Of a stretch of 64,000 nt of DNA, positions 54,979 through 64,000 are shown piece by piece (within the stretch, counting starts at the first letter, position 1; the number at the start of each line of letters is the position of its first letter). The notes under the pieces are model-generated. The model saw nothing but the letters and a program-made list of their open reading frames with translations. It did no database searches and was not told the DNA's origin. Source of the DNA: an uncultured delta proteobacterium (GTDB lineage: Bacteria > Desulfobacterota > WTBG01 > CAIYCZ01 > CAIRTM01); NCBI GenBank assembly GCA_963804955.1, contig CAWDSQ010000022.1, positions 93,231 to 157,230 on the forward strand, read 5' to 3'. The translations under genes and the position numbers were made by a program.

Positions 54979-57513
54979 CTATCCGGGGCCCACTTCGCAG
55001 GAGCCGTAGACCTCCGGGAGGCACTGGCAGAGACACTGGATCTTCTCGTCGTAGGTGATCGAGTTCTCTTCCTCAAAGGCCCACTGCTCTTCCCGGACTG
55101 CGTCGACGAGTTGTCGCAACCGCTGCGCCTCCACCTCATGGGCTTCGCGAAGGACTCCATCGGTACATTCCGGATCATCCGGGTACATGTTGCCCGCGCA
55201 TTCCATGAGCCAACGGTCCAGCTCACCACTTCCGACCTCCGCATCCAGCAACCGCGTTTGGATATCGCAGAGGCCGCCGCAGCATCCGGACACGTCTCCT
55301 GGCGGGGCGTCGGCCTCGGCGACGGTGATCTGGGTGTAGATGGTCCGCTCGACCAGCTGACCGTCTGCCAGCCGTGCCGTGCCCGAGATCTGATACTGGA
55401 AGGTACCGGGTTCACTTGGTGGGGTCACCGTGCAGTCGTAGGTGTGGGTGGAGATTCCGGGTATCGACGGGATAGACATCGTGCATAGGCCACCCGGGTC
55501 GACCCACACCTGCACGTTCTGAAGGTCTGTCGCCCCCAGGTTGGCCACTTTGATGGTGAACGCTGCCGATGCGCCCGCATCCACCGCCTGGGTCGGCGGC
55601 GAAGCGGTCAGGTCCATTGTCATGCCACGATGGACAGTGACGCGGATGAAGTCGACGTACTCCCAGCCGTCCGAGAAGTACTCCTCCAGGTGCATCTCGA
55701 TGCTGTTATCGCCGGGGTCGAGGTCAACCCAGATCGGCTTGTCGTAGTACTTGGTGCTGGCGTAGCCGTAGAGCGGGCGGCAGGCGTGTTCTCCCGTACC
55801 CTGGCACTGCGTCAGACGCCACGAAGCGCCACCCCAAGAGGGGGATGTGAGCACACGAATCTTGACCTGGTCCTTGAGGGTCGTGTACCCGTCGTCGAGA
55901 TCGACCCAATCCCCGGTGCCGTCGGGGCGCTCCTCGTAGATCTGCAGGGTGTAGGAAGGAAACAGGTTGTCTCCGGCGACACCGAACGCCAGTTCTTCGA
56001 AGCGGAGAGCAACCTGGTCCCAGTCCACCAGAGAGGTCTTGCCCAGCAGCGTGATCGAGTCGTACCGCCGACCCAGCGTGCTCGCATCGTCGCCGCTGTA
56101 GTAAGGACCGAGTGTCAGGCTGGCAACATCCCATGGGATGCGACGAAAACCGCGGCGGTAGTTGGGATCGGCGATCCACAGGCCGCGGGTGTCGGCCCCG
56201 TAGACGACCATGGCATGGCCTGCACGAATGAGCGCCGGCGGACTCCCCGGCGCCGTGCTGGAGGTTGTCGACGAGGAAGTAGCCGGCGCTGCTACCAGCC
56301 TCCCGATCGACACGTACTGCGGTTCTCCGGTGACCCTCATGGCGGTGATGAACGCGGCGTACTGCCATGAATCCAACGCAGGAGCCGCCCCACCTCCGGC
56401 GCTGCCCAGATTGAGCCGCCAATCCTCCAGAAACCGCTGGAACTCCTCGATCCGATCAACGACCCTGGATTCGTAGTACAGCTGTACCACGGAAGCCGTT
56501 CGATAGCCGTTGCGGTCGTCCTGCCACCGCTCCGTAATTCCGAGCCCGTCGTTGTCATACCGTCTATTCAGCGCCGGAGCACCAGCCTTGGTCCGCTCCA
56601 CGAAGTACCACATGGCAGACAACGACTGTCCGGCGCAGTGTCCTCCCGGTGAGATCGCAGAGCCAAAGTTGTAGAACGACCAGTCGTCGACGCCGGGCCG
56701 GAACTTGGTGTCGACGATCACCGCCGGACCGTCTGTCGACAATGTGGTCTCGGCGACCTGCGCTGCCAGCAGCGCCACAAACGTGGTGGCATCAACACCG
56801 TGGATGAAGAACTCCGAGAAATGCGTCGTCGCCACGACCACCGAGCCCTCACCCACACCCACCAGCGGCATCGCTTCTAGCCCACCGGTAGCCTCGTCGT
56901 AGAAAAACCCCATGGCGAACCCGCCTTCGGGCACCGCAGCCGGTACCTCCACCCAGATCGGCTGATCGGCCGACTGCCCGCCGTTGTCGACGCTGTACAG
57001 GGCAGAGATCGGGTTCACCCCAGACCCGAAGGTGTGTCCCAGGATCTCCTGCTTGGACACCGTGTAGCCGGTCGGCTCGCCGTGGGCGCCCTCGGGGACT
57101 TCGATGATCAGCCCGTCGGCCGTTTCGACTCTCCCACCGTCTGGACCCACCGTCGCAGAGCCGACCTCGACCGGCTCACCGAGATCCAACGATCCCACCA
57201 CAGCCGGCTCCGGAACCGCCACACCCAGCACGTCGAGCGCCAGCGGAAACTCGGAGCCCGGCATGGTCGTGCCCCCACCCCCACCGGCGTCGTCCTTCAG
57301 GAGGTACCAGATGGCTGTTGCCGCCACGGCGACAACGGCCAGCCCGGCAAGAACCATGAACGCTGCCGGAGGACCGGATCGACGCCCCGACAAAGGTCCC
57401 GGCGCGGCCTGCGGAGGTGGAGCATCGACGGGAGTACCGCAGGAGGTACAGAAGGCTCCGCGCGGCGCCAGCGGCGCTCCGCAGTTGCGGCAGAAGGACT
57501 CAGCGCCGTACAT
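54979..57513 (-). CDS. Large membrane-anchored protein with N-terminal zinc ribbon
   Basis: FCRNCG...FCTSCG, TM, ZU5-like VGPDGG/TTHFS region, possible Cys-His peptidase-like core (GHCAG...GHAMVVYG...IADPN). Confidence 0.75.
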   Translation of the reverse strand: MYGAESFCRNCGAPLAPRGAFCTSCGTPVDAPPPQAAPGPLSGRRSGPPAAFMVLAGLAVVAVAATAIWYLLKDDAGGGGGTTMPGSEFPLALDVLGVAVPEPAVVGSLDLGEPVEVGSATVGPDGGRVETADGLIIEVPEGAHGEPTGYTVSKQEILGHTFGSGVNPISALYSVDNGGQSADQPIWVEVPAAVPEGGFAMGFFYDEATGGLEAMPLVGVGEGSVVVATTHFSEFFIHGVDATTFVALLAAQVAETTLSTDGPAVIVDTKFRPGVDDWSFYNFGSAISPGGHCAGQSLSAMWYFVERTKAGAPALNRRYDNDGLGITERWQDDRNGYRTASVVQLYYESRVVDRIEEFQRFLEDWRLNLGSAGGGAAPALDSWQYAAFITAMRVTGEPQYVSIGRLVAAPATSSSTTSSTAPGSPPALIRAGHAMVVYGADTRGLWIADPNYRRGFRRIPWDVASLTLGPYYSGDDASTLGRRYDSITLLGKTSLVDWDQVALRFEELAFGVAGDNLFPSYTLQIYEERPDGTGDWVDLDDGYTTLKDQVKIRVLTSPSWGGASWRLTQCQGTGEHACRPLYGYASTKYYDKPIWVDLDPGDNSIEMHLEEYFSDGWEYVDFIRVTVHRGMTMDLTASPPTQAVDAGASAAFTIKVANLGATDLQNVQVWVDPGGLCTMSIPSIPGISTHTYDCTVTPPSEPGTFQYQISGTARLADGQLVERTIYTQITVAEADAPPGDVSGCCGGLCDIQTRLLDAEVGSGELDRWLMECAGNMYPDDPECTDGVLREAHEVEAQRLRQLVDAVREEQWAFEEENSITYDEKIQCLCQCLPEVYGSCEVGPG

Positions 57514-57750
57514 GGTTGCTCCGTGGTCGCCTTCTCCGACCCTGACCAACCGCGGCCGACACCGATAGGGTCATCCGACCCGTCATAGATGGGCACGCCT
57601 CTGGGTCGCGGCGGCCGATCCCGGCGAGCGGTGATGACCGGAGACGTTGTCTCCGGGTGAATGACGTGGGTCATGTCCCGCTGGGGACTTGCCTCGGCTT
57701 GATGGACATCTGATTCTGGGGCGGTGGACGCAGCGAGCCTCGGTCAGGAC

Positions 57751-57800
57751 CCCCTCGGGACCCCCTCGAAAACCTCACCAGGGTGGAGTTCGCCTTGCAG
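57751..57800 (+). repeat. 50-bp direct repeat, copy 1
   Basis: 44/50 identical to 58283-58332. Confidence 0.85.
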
Positions 57801-57848
57801 GTCCGTGTCCGTGGTCCCGACTGATGTCACAGGGCCCGGCGAGGCCGC

Positions 57849-58228
57849 TCATCGGATGCTGCAGATGATGGTGACCTCGGTGTAGCGCCCTGCACGGACT
57901 TCGACCCGTTGCGGTTCACACGCATGGCCACCGACCATGTCTGCCGTCACGATGTAGACGCCGGGAGACAGACGGACCCGGAACTCCCCGGTCGGGTCGA
58001 CTCCAATCTCAGCAGTCGCGCTGACAGCAATCGCCAGGTCGTCCAGCGACGCTTCCCCCTCACCCGGGGCGGGGTAGACCGACACCGTCCCCGACGTTGG
58101 CTGGTTGAGACCCGGAGGCCGCCCTCGACCAGCCACAGCAGGCCCTGGATCCCCGACGGGGCAGTGCCCCCGCACGCCGTCTGCAGAACCGTGAGTGCCA
58201 AGGCCGCCGCAACTGCAACACGCCGCAT
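57849..58228 (-). CDS. Small lipoprotein (indel near 58110)
   Basis: MRRVAVAAALALTVLQTACGG lipobox; C-terminal GEFRVRLSPGVY beta domain. Confidence 0.65.
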
Positions 58229-58282
58229 GGCAAAGCCATCGTATCGATGCCCCAGCACACTGCGAGGGGGTGCCGTCCATCA

Positions 58283-58332
58283 CCCCTCGGCACCCCCTCG
58301 AAAACCTCACCAGGATGGAGTTCCTGCTGCAG
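58283..58332 (+). repeat. 50-bp direct repeat, copy 2, overlapping hairpins
   Basis: Also a 12-bp IR (58263-58274/58289-58300) and ACCTCACCAGG/CCTGGTGAGGT IR. Confidence 0.85.
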
Positions 58333-58378
58333 CCGTCACTGGCGGCACCCTCTGGCCATCGGCAACTAGCCTGGTGAG

Positions 58379-58997
58379 GTGCGCATCGTGGCCGTCTTCG
58401 CCCTGGCGCTCGTGCTGATGGCGACCGCTGCCGCCGGGTGCAGCGACCCGTGCGAGACGGGCGGAGACGAACACCGTTCCCGGGGAGCGGCAGCTGGCCG
58501 CCAACGGGGACGCCGTCGTAGTCGTTGACTCCCTGACCCTCGCCGACGCCTACCGGACCTCGCAGTCTCGTGGCTCGTACAGCGTCAGACACGCGACTGG
58601 AATCGTCGCTCAGATCGTCTATCTCGACTCCCGACTCAGAGAAGTGGTAGTTGACCAGGCGCCGGTCGCTGGACAACCAGTTCAGATCGCTGTTCCCAAC
58701 GAGTGCCCTGCGGCCGGGGGACGGGTCGGCGAGCCGGGCGACACGCTCGTGTTGTTCCTGATGTGGACCGGCCACCCCGACCTCCCCGATTGGGAGGCCC
58801 CCTGGCTCCTGTATGCGGCCTTCATCCTCGAGCCGGATCAGAGCCTTCGCCACGTGGGGGACCCGACCGACGGCCTCTACCTCGATGAGGCAGTCGCCGG
58901 TATCTCCCGCCTGGAGGGGCAGGCTCCCTTGGACGCCCTGAGCGACTGGCTGGCCGAGACCCGCGGCGCGCCCGGTTTCGACCTTCGCCTCCCTTGA
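58379..58997 (+). CDS. Putative lipoprotein (split by indels)
   Basis: MRIVAVFALALVLMATAAAGC lipobox; continues into ORF 58644-58997. Confidence 0.55.
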
Positions 58998-59133
58998 CAG
59001 GGCGATCGGCGAAGCTGGGCCCGATCCCAGCCCGCTCGGGAGTGGTCAACCAGTCCCCTCCGACACTCCACGCTGTGATGAACTTCTTCTTCTTGTTCAA
59101 GAGGCCCCCGGCAGGGCCGGGGGGCCTTCCCTA

Positions 59134-60033
59134 CTAGCGGCGCCGTCTGACTGGTGGCGGCCAGGGTATGGGCAGTTCGAGCTGCTCCCAGACCGCCACG
59201 TCGAGCCGCTCCGGCTCCTCCGGTGCCTCGCCGGACGCCGGAGCGGTCCGGAGCGCCTCCCGGCGCTCCCGGGCCCGCTCCTGGCGTTCCCGGCGGGTGC
59301 TCTGCCGGGTGACCCCGAGTCCGGCCCAGTAGTGGGCTCCGAGGGAGCCAGCGACGACCTGCTTGCCTTTAGGCAGCCACTCGGCGAGGTTCTCGAACTT
59401 GGCCAGGTACTTGCCCAGGTAGCGGGCCACCTCGAAGGCAGCGTTTCGGTCGTCGGGTGAGGCTTGGACTTGGGTGATGTCGAGTACCGGCCCGAATCCG
59501 TAGCGCAGGGCCAGCTCCTGCAGCTCCGCCTTGGTGACTGCCACTCCATCAACGCCGAGCTCTTCGGCTTTGCGATGCTGCCACCGGGAGGGTTTGCCGC
59601 TGAGCCGGTCTCCCCGGTACTGCAGGCCGCCGATGAGGGCATGAAGGTGCAGGGCCGTTTCGCCGGTTCTGGCGTGGCGCTGTTCCTGGCGTTCGAACAC
59701 CCGAACGAAGGGAAGCCCACCGATGTAGCCGGGTCGCTCTGCCACCTCACGGTCGAAAGCCTGCTTGAACACCCGCCACATCTCCGCCACCTCCCCGTAC
59801 TCCCTGGCCTCGGCCAGGGTGAGGGTGAGGTAGATCAGGGAGACGCCCCGGGACAGCCAGTAGTCAACGCCCTGGCGTATCCACTCCTCGTCGTCCCAGC
59901 TCATCAGCACAGCGCAAGTCGGGCAGCGCCGCCGATCCCAGCACCGGAACAGAGCCACGAGGTTGCCCCGCAGGAAGAAGACCGGGCGGGTGCAGTCGTA
60001 GTTCCGTCCCGGTGCCGGCTCATCGCCCGGCAC
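59134..60033 (-). CDS. HUH rolling-circle replication initiator (Y2 type, RepSA-like)
   Basis: CWDRRRCPTC, motif I YLTLT, motif II LHLHALI, motif III YLGKYLAK. Confidence 0.85.
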   Translation of the reverse strand: MPGDEPAPGRNYDCTRPVFFLRGNLVALFRCWDRRRCPTCAVLMSWDDEEWIRQGVDYWLSRGVSLIYLTLTLAEAREYGEVAEMWRVFKQAFDREVAERPGYIGGLPFVRVFERQEQRHARTGETALHLHALIGGLQYRGDRLSGKPSRWQHRKAEELGVDGVAVTKAELQELALRYGFGPVLDITQVQASPDDRNAAFEVARYLGKYLAKFENLAEWLPKGKQVVAGSLGAHYWAGLGVTRQSTRRERQERARERREALRTAPASGEAPEEPERLDVAVWEQLELPIPWPPPVRRRR

Positions 60034-60184
60034 CGTTCCCGCCCGAGTCCGGCTCGGCGGGGGTTTGGCTCAGCAGGAGAGCCCAGAGCGCGTCGGCGGC
60101 GTCAGGGTCGACGCGTTCGGAGACCTCGACGATGCGGACGGGGAACTCAGCCGCTTGTGGGCACAGGGACTCTTCGGGGCACAT
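60020..60184 (-). CDS. 54-aa hypothetical protein directly upstream of Rep (not in ORF track)
   Basis: GGAGGGG RBS; MCPEESLCP...; stop overlaps an ATG at the Rep 5' end. Confidence 0.45.
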   Translation of the reverse strand: MCPEESLCPQAAEFPVRIVEVSERVDPDAADALWALLLSQTPAEPDSGGNGAGR

Positions 60185-60350
60185 CCGCCCCTCCCAGATG
60201 GTGGGAAAGGCGGGAAAGCCGCACGAGTACCCGTTTGTATGTGCCCGGCCTGGTGGGGTTCACCGCTACCGAGGACCCGCAACCTAGCAGGAACTACACG
60301 ACTGTGAGGAACAAACTAGAGTCGCTCCGTAGTCGAAACGGACACCGAAC

Positions 60351-61145
60351 GTGGCATACGACACAGTCGCTGCTGATCTCGCCGCCGCCTACTACGCCGC
60401 GTCCCTCACCCCGAACCCCACACTCGACCCCGACGCCGACCTGGCCTCCCTTGCCGAGTATGCGAAGACGGGTCGAGCGCTCGCCGCCTCGCTGCGCTCC
60501 GCCCCCTCCAAAGTGATCCGGTGCGCCAACTGCGGAACCCGCCAAGCTCGGCCAGGCCAGAAGGGGCGCAGCATGGCCCTGCTCCACGGCCGCAACCTCC
60601 TCGCCCTCCAGGAATCCCGCGGGGACAAGGCGGCGACCTCCGCATGGAACGTCACCTTCTCGTCCACCTCCCCCTCGCCAAGACCCACGGTTTCGACTCC
60701 CTGCGGCTCCAATGCGACTGTGGCTGCCTCCACGAGCTCGGCTTCGGATGGCTCCGCCGGGCACCTGCCGCTGAACCCTCCATGCCGATCGCCCAGTTTG
60801 CTCTCTACTCGCCGGACACCCCCGTCGGAGAAGTCGAGTTCCCGCCGAGAAGCCCCAATGACGTGGAGATCGTGGCGTTCGCCCGCACCGCCGGGCCGCT
60901 CGACAGCCCACACCTCCAAGTTGCACTCACGCCACTCCCGTACGCCTTCGACTACCGGGACCGTTTCGGCTTCGACCCTCCCCACGACGAGCACCTGCTC
61001 CGCCTCATCGGAGAAGGTAACCCGCACCTGGAAGTGTTCGGAATCCGAGACAAGATCATCCCCCAATGGCGCCAACTTGAACTCGACCCCATAGACGACG
61101 GGAACTGGCAGCACCCGAGGGCCCTTCCACGCCCGACGAGCTTGA
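60351..61145 (+). CDS. Hypothetical Cys-containing protein divergent from Rep (indel ~60660, cut by junction)
   Basis: CANC then CDCGC in the shifted frame; GC-rich coding pattern. Confidence 0.45.
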
Positions 61146-61589
61146 ACATAAACATAAAATATAGCCGTTACGCAAGCCGGCGTGTTACGTGTTAGAAAAA
61201 TGATTCATGAATGACAAATTTTGATGAAGTGGTTTTTAATCCCTTTCATACTTCGGAGTTACAAGGGATGTCGGTGTGGAAATTCTCGAACTCCTCCTTT
61301 TTGAACTGAAGTTACAAACTTATGTTTCAAGCTAAAGCTTAAAAAACTGATATTATAAACTCATGTCTTTAACAAGAACTAAACAATAATAAAGGTACTA
61401 ATGGCCTATTAACCCCCAGGGTACTTTTAGAACAGTTGTTCTGAACAATTGTGTGATCCCCTGAGTTTTTTCCTCTACAGATTGTCATACTACATTTAGC
61501 GACTTGTCTGCAAACCCATATTTTGCCAGACAAAGATTCTCCCATAATGCATCGGATATCACCCTTGCGATTATCCAACAATCAGCCTA

Positions 61590-64000
61590 GTGTGTGGACC
61601 ATTACCCGAAGTAATGGCTAGCACTGTGCAGAGAATAATACAGCAGTATTTAGACAGCGACACAGAATTGTCTGTCGTCCCGCTAAATAACAGATGTAAT
61701 ATCATCCACAACTGACGCTACAATCACCCGTGCTATTGCTCTCAACTGCTCTACGTAAGTCACGTTAAGTACGTGACAGAGCTTGTCGATCCCTCAGCCA
61801 CCGTTTACTTGTTACTCCCCTTTATGGTTGCTGTCTGTTGTAGTACCATCAATCCAATTGTTGTTGATTACCATGATGCCTAACCCCACAGCATTGCCCC
61901 GTCCCCCGTAAAATCTTTGTGTGTCTGCGCCTTGGTGAACACATCTGCAAAGTTGTGTTTCCCTTTCGTCTTCATGGGATGAGCAATCCCTGCCGCGATA
62001 CATTCCCTGGACTTGTGATAAGAAATTGCAACATGCTTTTTCTTCAACAAACTGTCCTTGATCGAAACATTCTGAATCACTCCCAAATTATCCTGTTTTC
62101 CATGTATTCGGGATAAATTTGAATTTCAAAGCATGTAACAGTATCATCTAAGCAGCTAATAACAAATGTTTTTGAATATCACTGGTTGACTAAATAAGTT
62201 TTAAAAATCATGTGTTTTTACTTAGGTGAATTTTGTCTGTAGAGAACTGTAGAGTTTTTAGTACCTACAGTACTTAAGGTTTTGGGTTAGGGTTAGGGAA
62301 TCCAAACATCCCTGTCAAATGTTGACTATTAAAACCAAGGCGTCTAAGCGTGTCCGCAAAGTGTACATACCACCTATCATTGCTTGTCTTCAAACCATAG
62401 AGCGCCCTGTTGATGATCACCGTGATTCCTTCCTTGGTCCCAAACTCTGGACCTGCATGAGCATAAACTTTCTCGTTTGTGAATGCGTTAATATACGCGT
62501 TCCCCACATCGCCACATAACTGTCTCATACCTGACTTGTGTGCAATGACATACAACAACATTCCGCTGATACCCTTCACCTTTGACGAATAGATGTCGTG
62601 GTCGTGTGCATCCATCAAGTACCCACCAGAGACCATCCGCGCCTCCTTCTTAAGTCCTGCTTGACTTTGGTATTCATCACTTAACATGTCTTCAAATTCC
62701 GACGGCTTGAAGTTCAAAGCAGTCCATATCGACTAGTACCAACTTCTTTCTTGATTTCTTCTTCCCAATGGGTGTTTCCATTCAGCTTGTCCAACTCAAG
62801 CGCACTTGGACACCATATTTGAAAACCTTCTTTGGATTTAAATTCCTTTTCTTGTTTCCTTTTGTTGCTCGCCTTATTCACCCTTCGCGATCTTCCTAAA
62901 CAGTCGCTTCATGCGTTGCGTTGCGTTGCGAAATCATAGTTCCTGACTGTTTGTCTTGCCCAGACTAGTTCTGGCGATGACTTTCCTTTGTGGTTTTCAC
63001 TATGAATTTTGCATTTTGCAGTCAACACTGGAAAATCAATTTTAATATTCTCCATCTTATACCATGTAGTTTGTCCTGTTCCCCATTTGGTTTTAAGCAT
63101 CAATCTTTGGTCCTTCCTTCTTCGCATGTCGCCTAGTATCGACTCGAGCTCACTATCCGCATCGCCTTCAAATGCGTTGTTCATTTCTTCCACCATTTCC
63201 AAGCTCCCCTCTTCCACTACTGGGTTGAACTCCAAACCAGTTGAGGAAGCCGGTGGAAGATTGTCATCTTCGACTTCGTCATCGTCTACCACTAGGTCTT
63301 CCAGTGATACTTTGTTGGGATCCTCGTTTGGAAGTTCCACCAGCGCGCCGTTCTCATCAACTTCCACGACAAATCCGCAATTTGCGATTTGCCATCTTCC
63401 ATATGCCAAGGTTCTGCTTTCTTCTATAGGAAAAGTTGAGTATAGGCGCTTCAGCAGGTGGTTGACTTGGCTCACTTTGCTCTTTGCACCCCTTGTCTTT
63501 TGGTTTTACCACGTTTGGTATTAACGCACATCCGCGCGTCCAGTCCCCTTCCGGTTCAGACCATATACGGTACGTAAATGCATCCCGCTGATCCCATGCG
63601 ATGCCTGTGAATCGTCCAGGCAAAATCTTTGTCTTGGGACATGTTGCAACCGGTTCAAAGTGAAGGACTGGTTCCCAAAACACATAGCAAAACATGCCGA
63701 TAAGCGGTGTATGTCCAAACATTTTCTCCACCTGTGTTCGCCATACCGATTTCCTCAATGCGGTGTGATTTGTGATCAAACAATCAACAACATATTGCAC
63801 CCAATAACACTTCAAAGGTGCTCCAAAGTCAACACAACTCTCCCCTTGACCACCTGCAATTACCGCTCAGCCGTGTTCTGTTGCGGGTTGTGTGGTGTTG
63901 TATGTCGTTGCTGGATTGCACACTTACAACATGTGTGGCTCCATCATTTACTTGGTAAAGCAAGCGCATTGTCCGACAACAACTTATTGGGTGCCCTAAC
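61590..64000 (-). mobile_element. Degenerate Ty1/copia LTR retrotransposon (eukaryotic, diatom CoDi-like), 3' part; left boundary approximate
   Basis: Integrase TTPHNPQQNTAER; RT DVGNAYINA...RALYGLKTS; RNase H KKKHVAISYHKSRE...NFADVFTK; PPT AAAGGGGAG at 61815-61823. Confidence 0.85.

Noticed and set aside
49703..55415. Long antisense or alternate-frame ORFs (e.g. 49703-51061, 50823-52376, 53097-54578 N-part)
   Set aside because: Shadow ORFs of GC-rich genes with no motifs
61141..61148. CTTGAACA at the junction as the other end of the Rep element
   Set aside because: An 8-mer in inverted orientation at a probable assembly joint; could easily be chance
61145..64000. Bacterial reverse-transcriptase system (retron/DGR) or eukaryote-to-bacterium transfer
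   Set aside because: Integrase-RT-RNase H order and motifs are Ty1/copia; the abrupt junction points to concatenation

Overview
The window does not look like one genome. Abrupt changes in composition and style, with ORFs cut at the boundaries, suggest at least four joined sources. (1) 1-~46,790 is a Desulfobacterota/Deltaproteobacteria-like segment. It has a ferredoxin and flavoprotein, a PAS-repeat hybrid kinase, a QseEGF-like operon, queA, clpS-clpA-aat, phoBR with two Pho-box-like arrays, an MCP and an EAL/GGDEF protein. It also holds a ~14-kb island at tRNA-Lys(CTT), bounded by a perfect 40-bp direct repeat and carrying a decayed tyrosine integrase. The island cargo includes a ferrochelatase-like protein, a HemG-like flavodoxin and a membrane-anchored bilin-reductase-fold protein; this is the best candidate for an undescribed (tetrapyrrole-handling) system. 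(2) ~46,790-51,085 is a GC-rich, probably Verrucomicrobia-like fragment. (3) ~51,085-61,145 is a very GC-rich actinobacterial-like fragment with IS256/IS3 remnants, repeat-flanked lipoprotein genes and a solo HUH rolling-circle Rep. (4) ~61,145-64,000 is an AT-rich, decayed eukaryotic Ty1/copia retrotransposon. Many genes are split by single indels, most likely long-read errors. All taxonomic and family calls come from motif recognition by eye; no searches were run.
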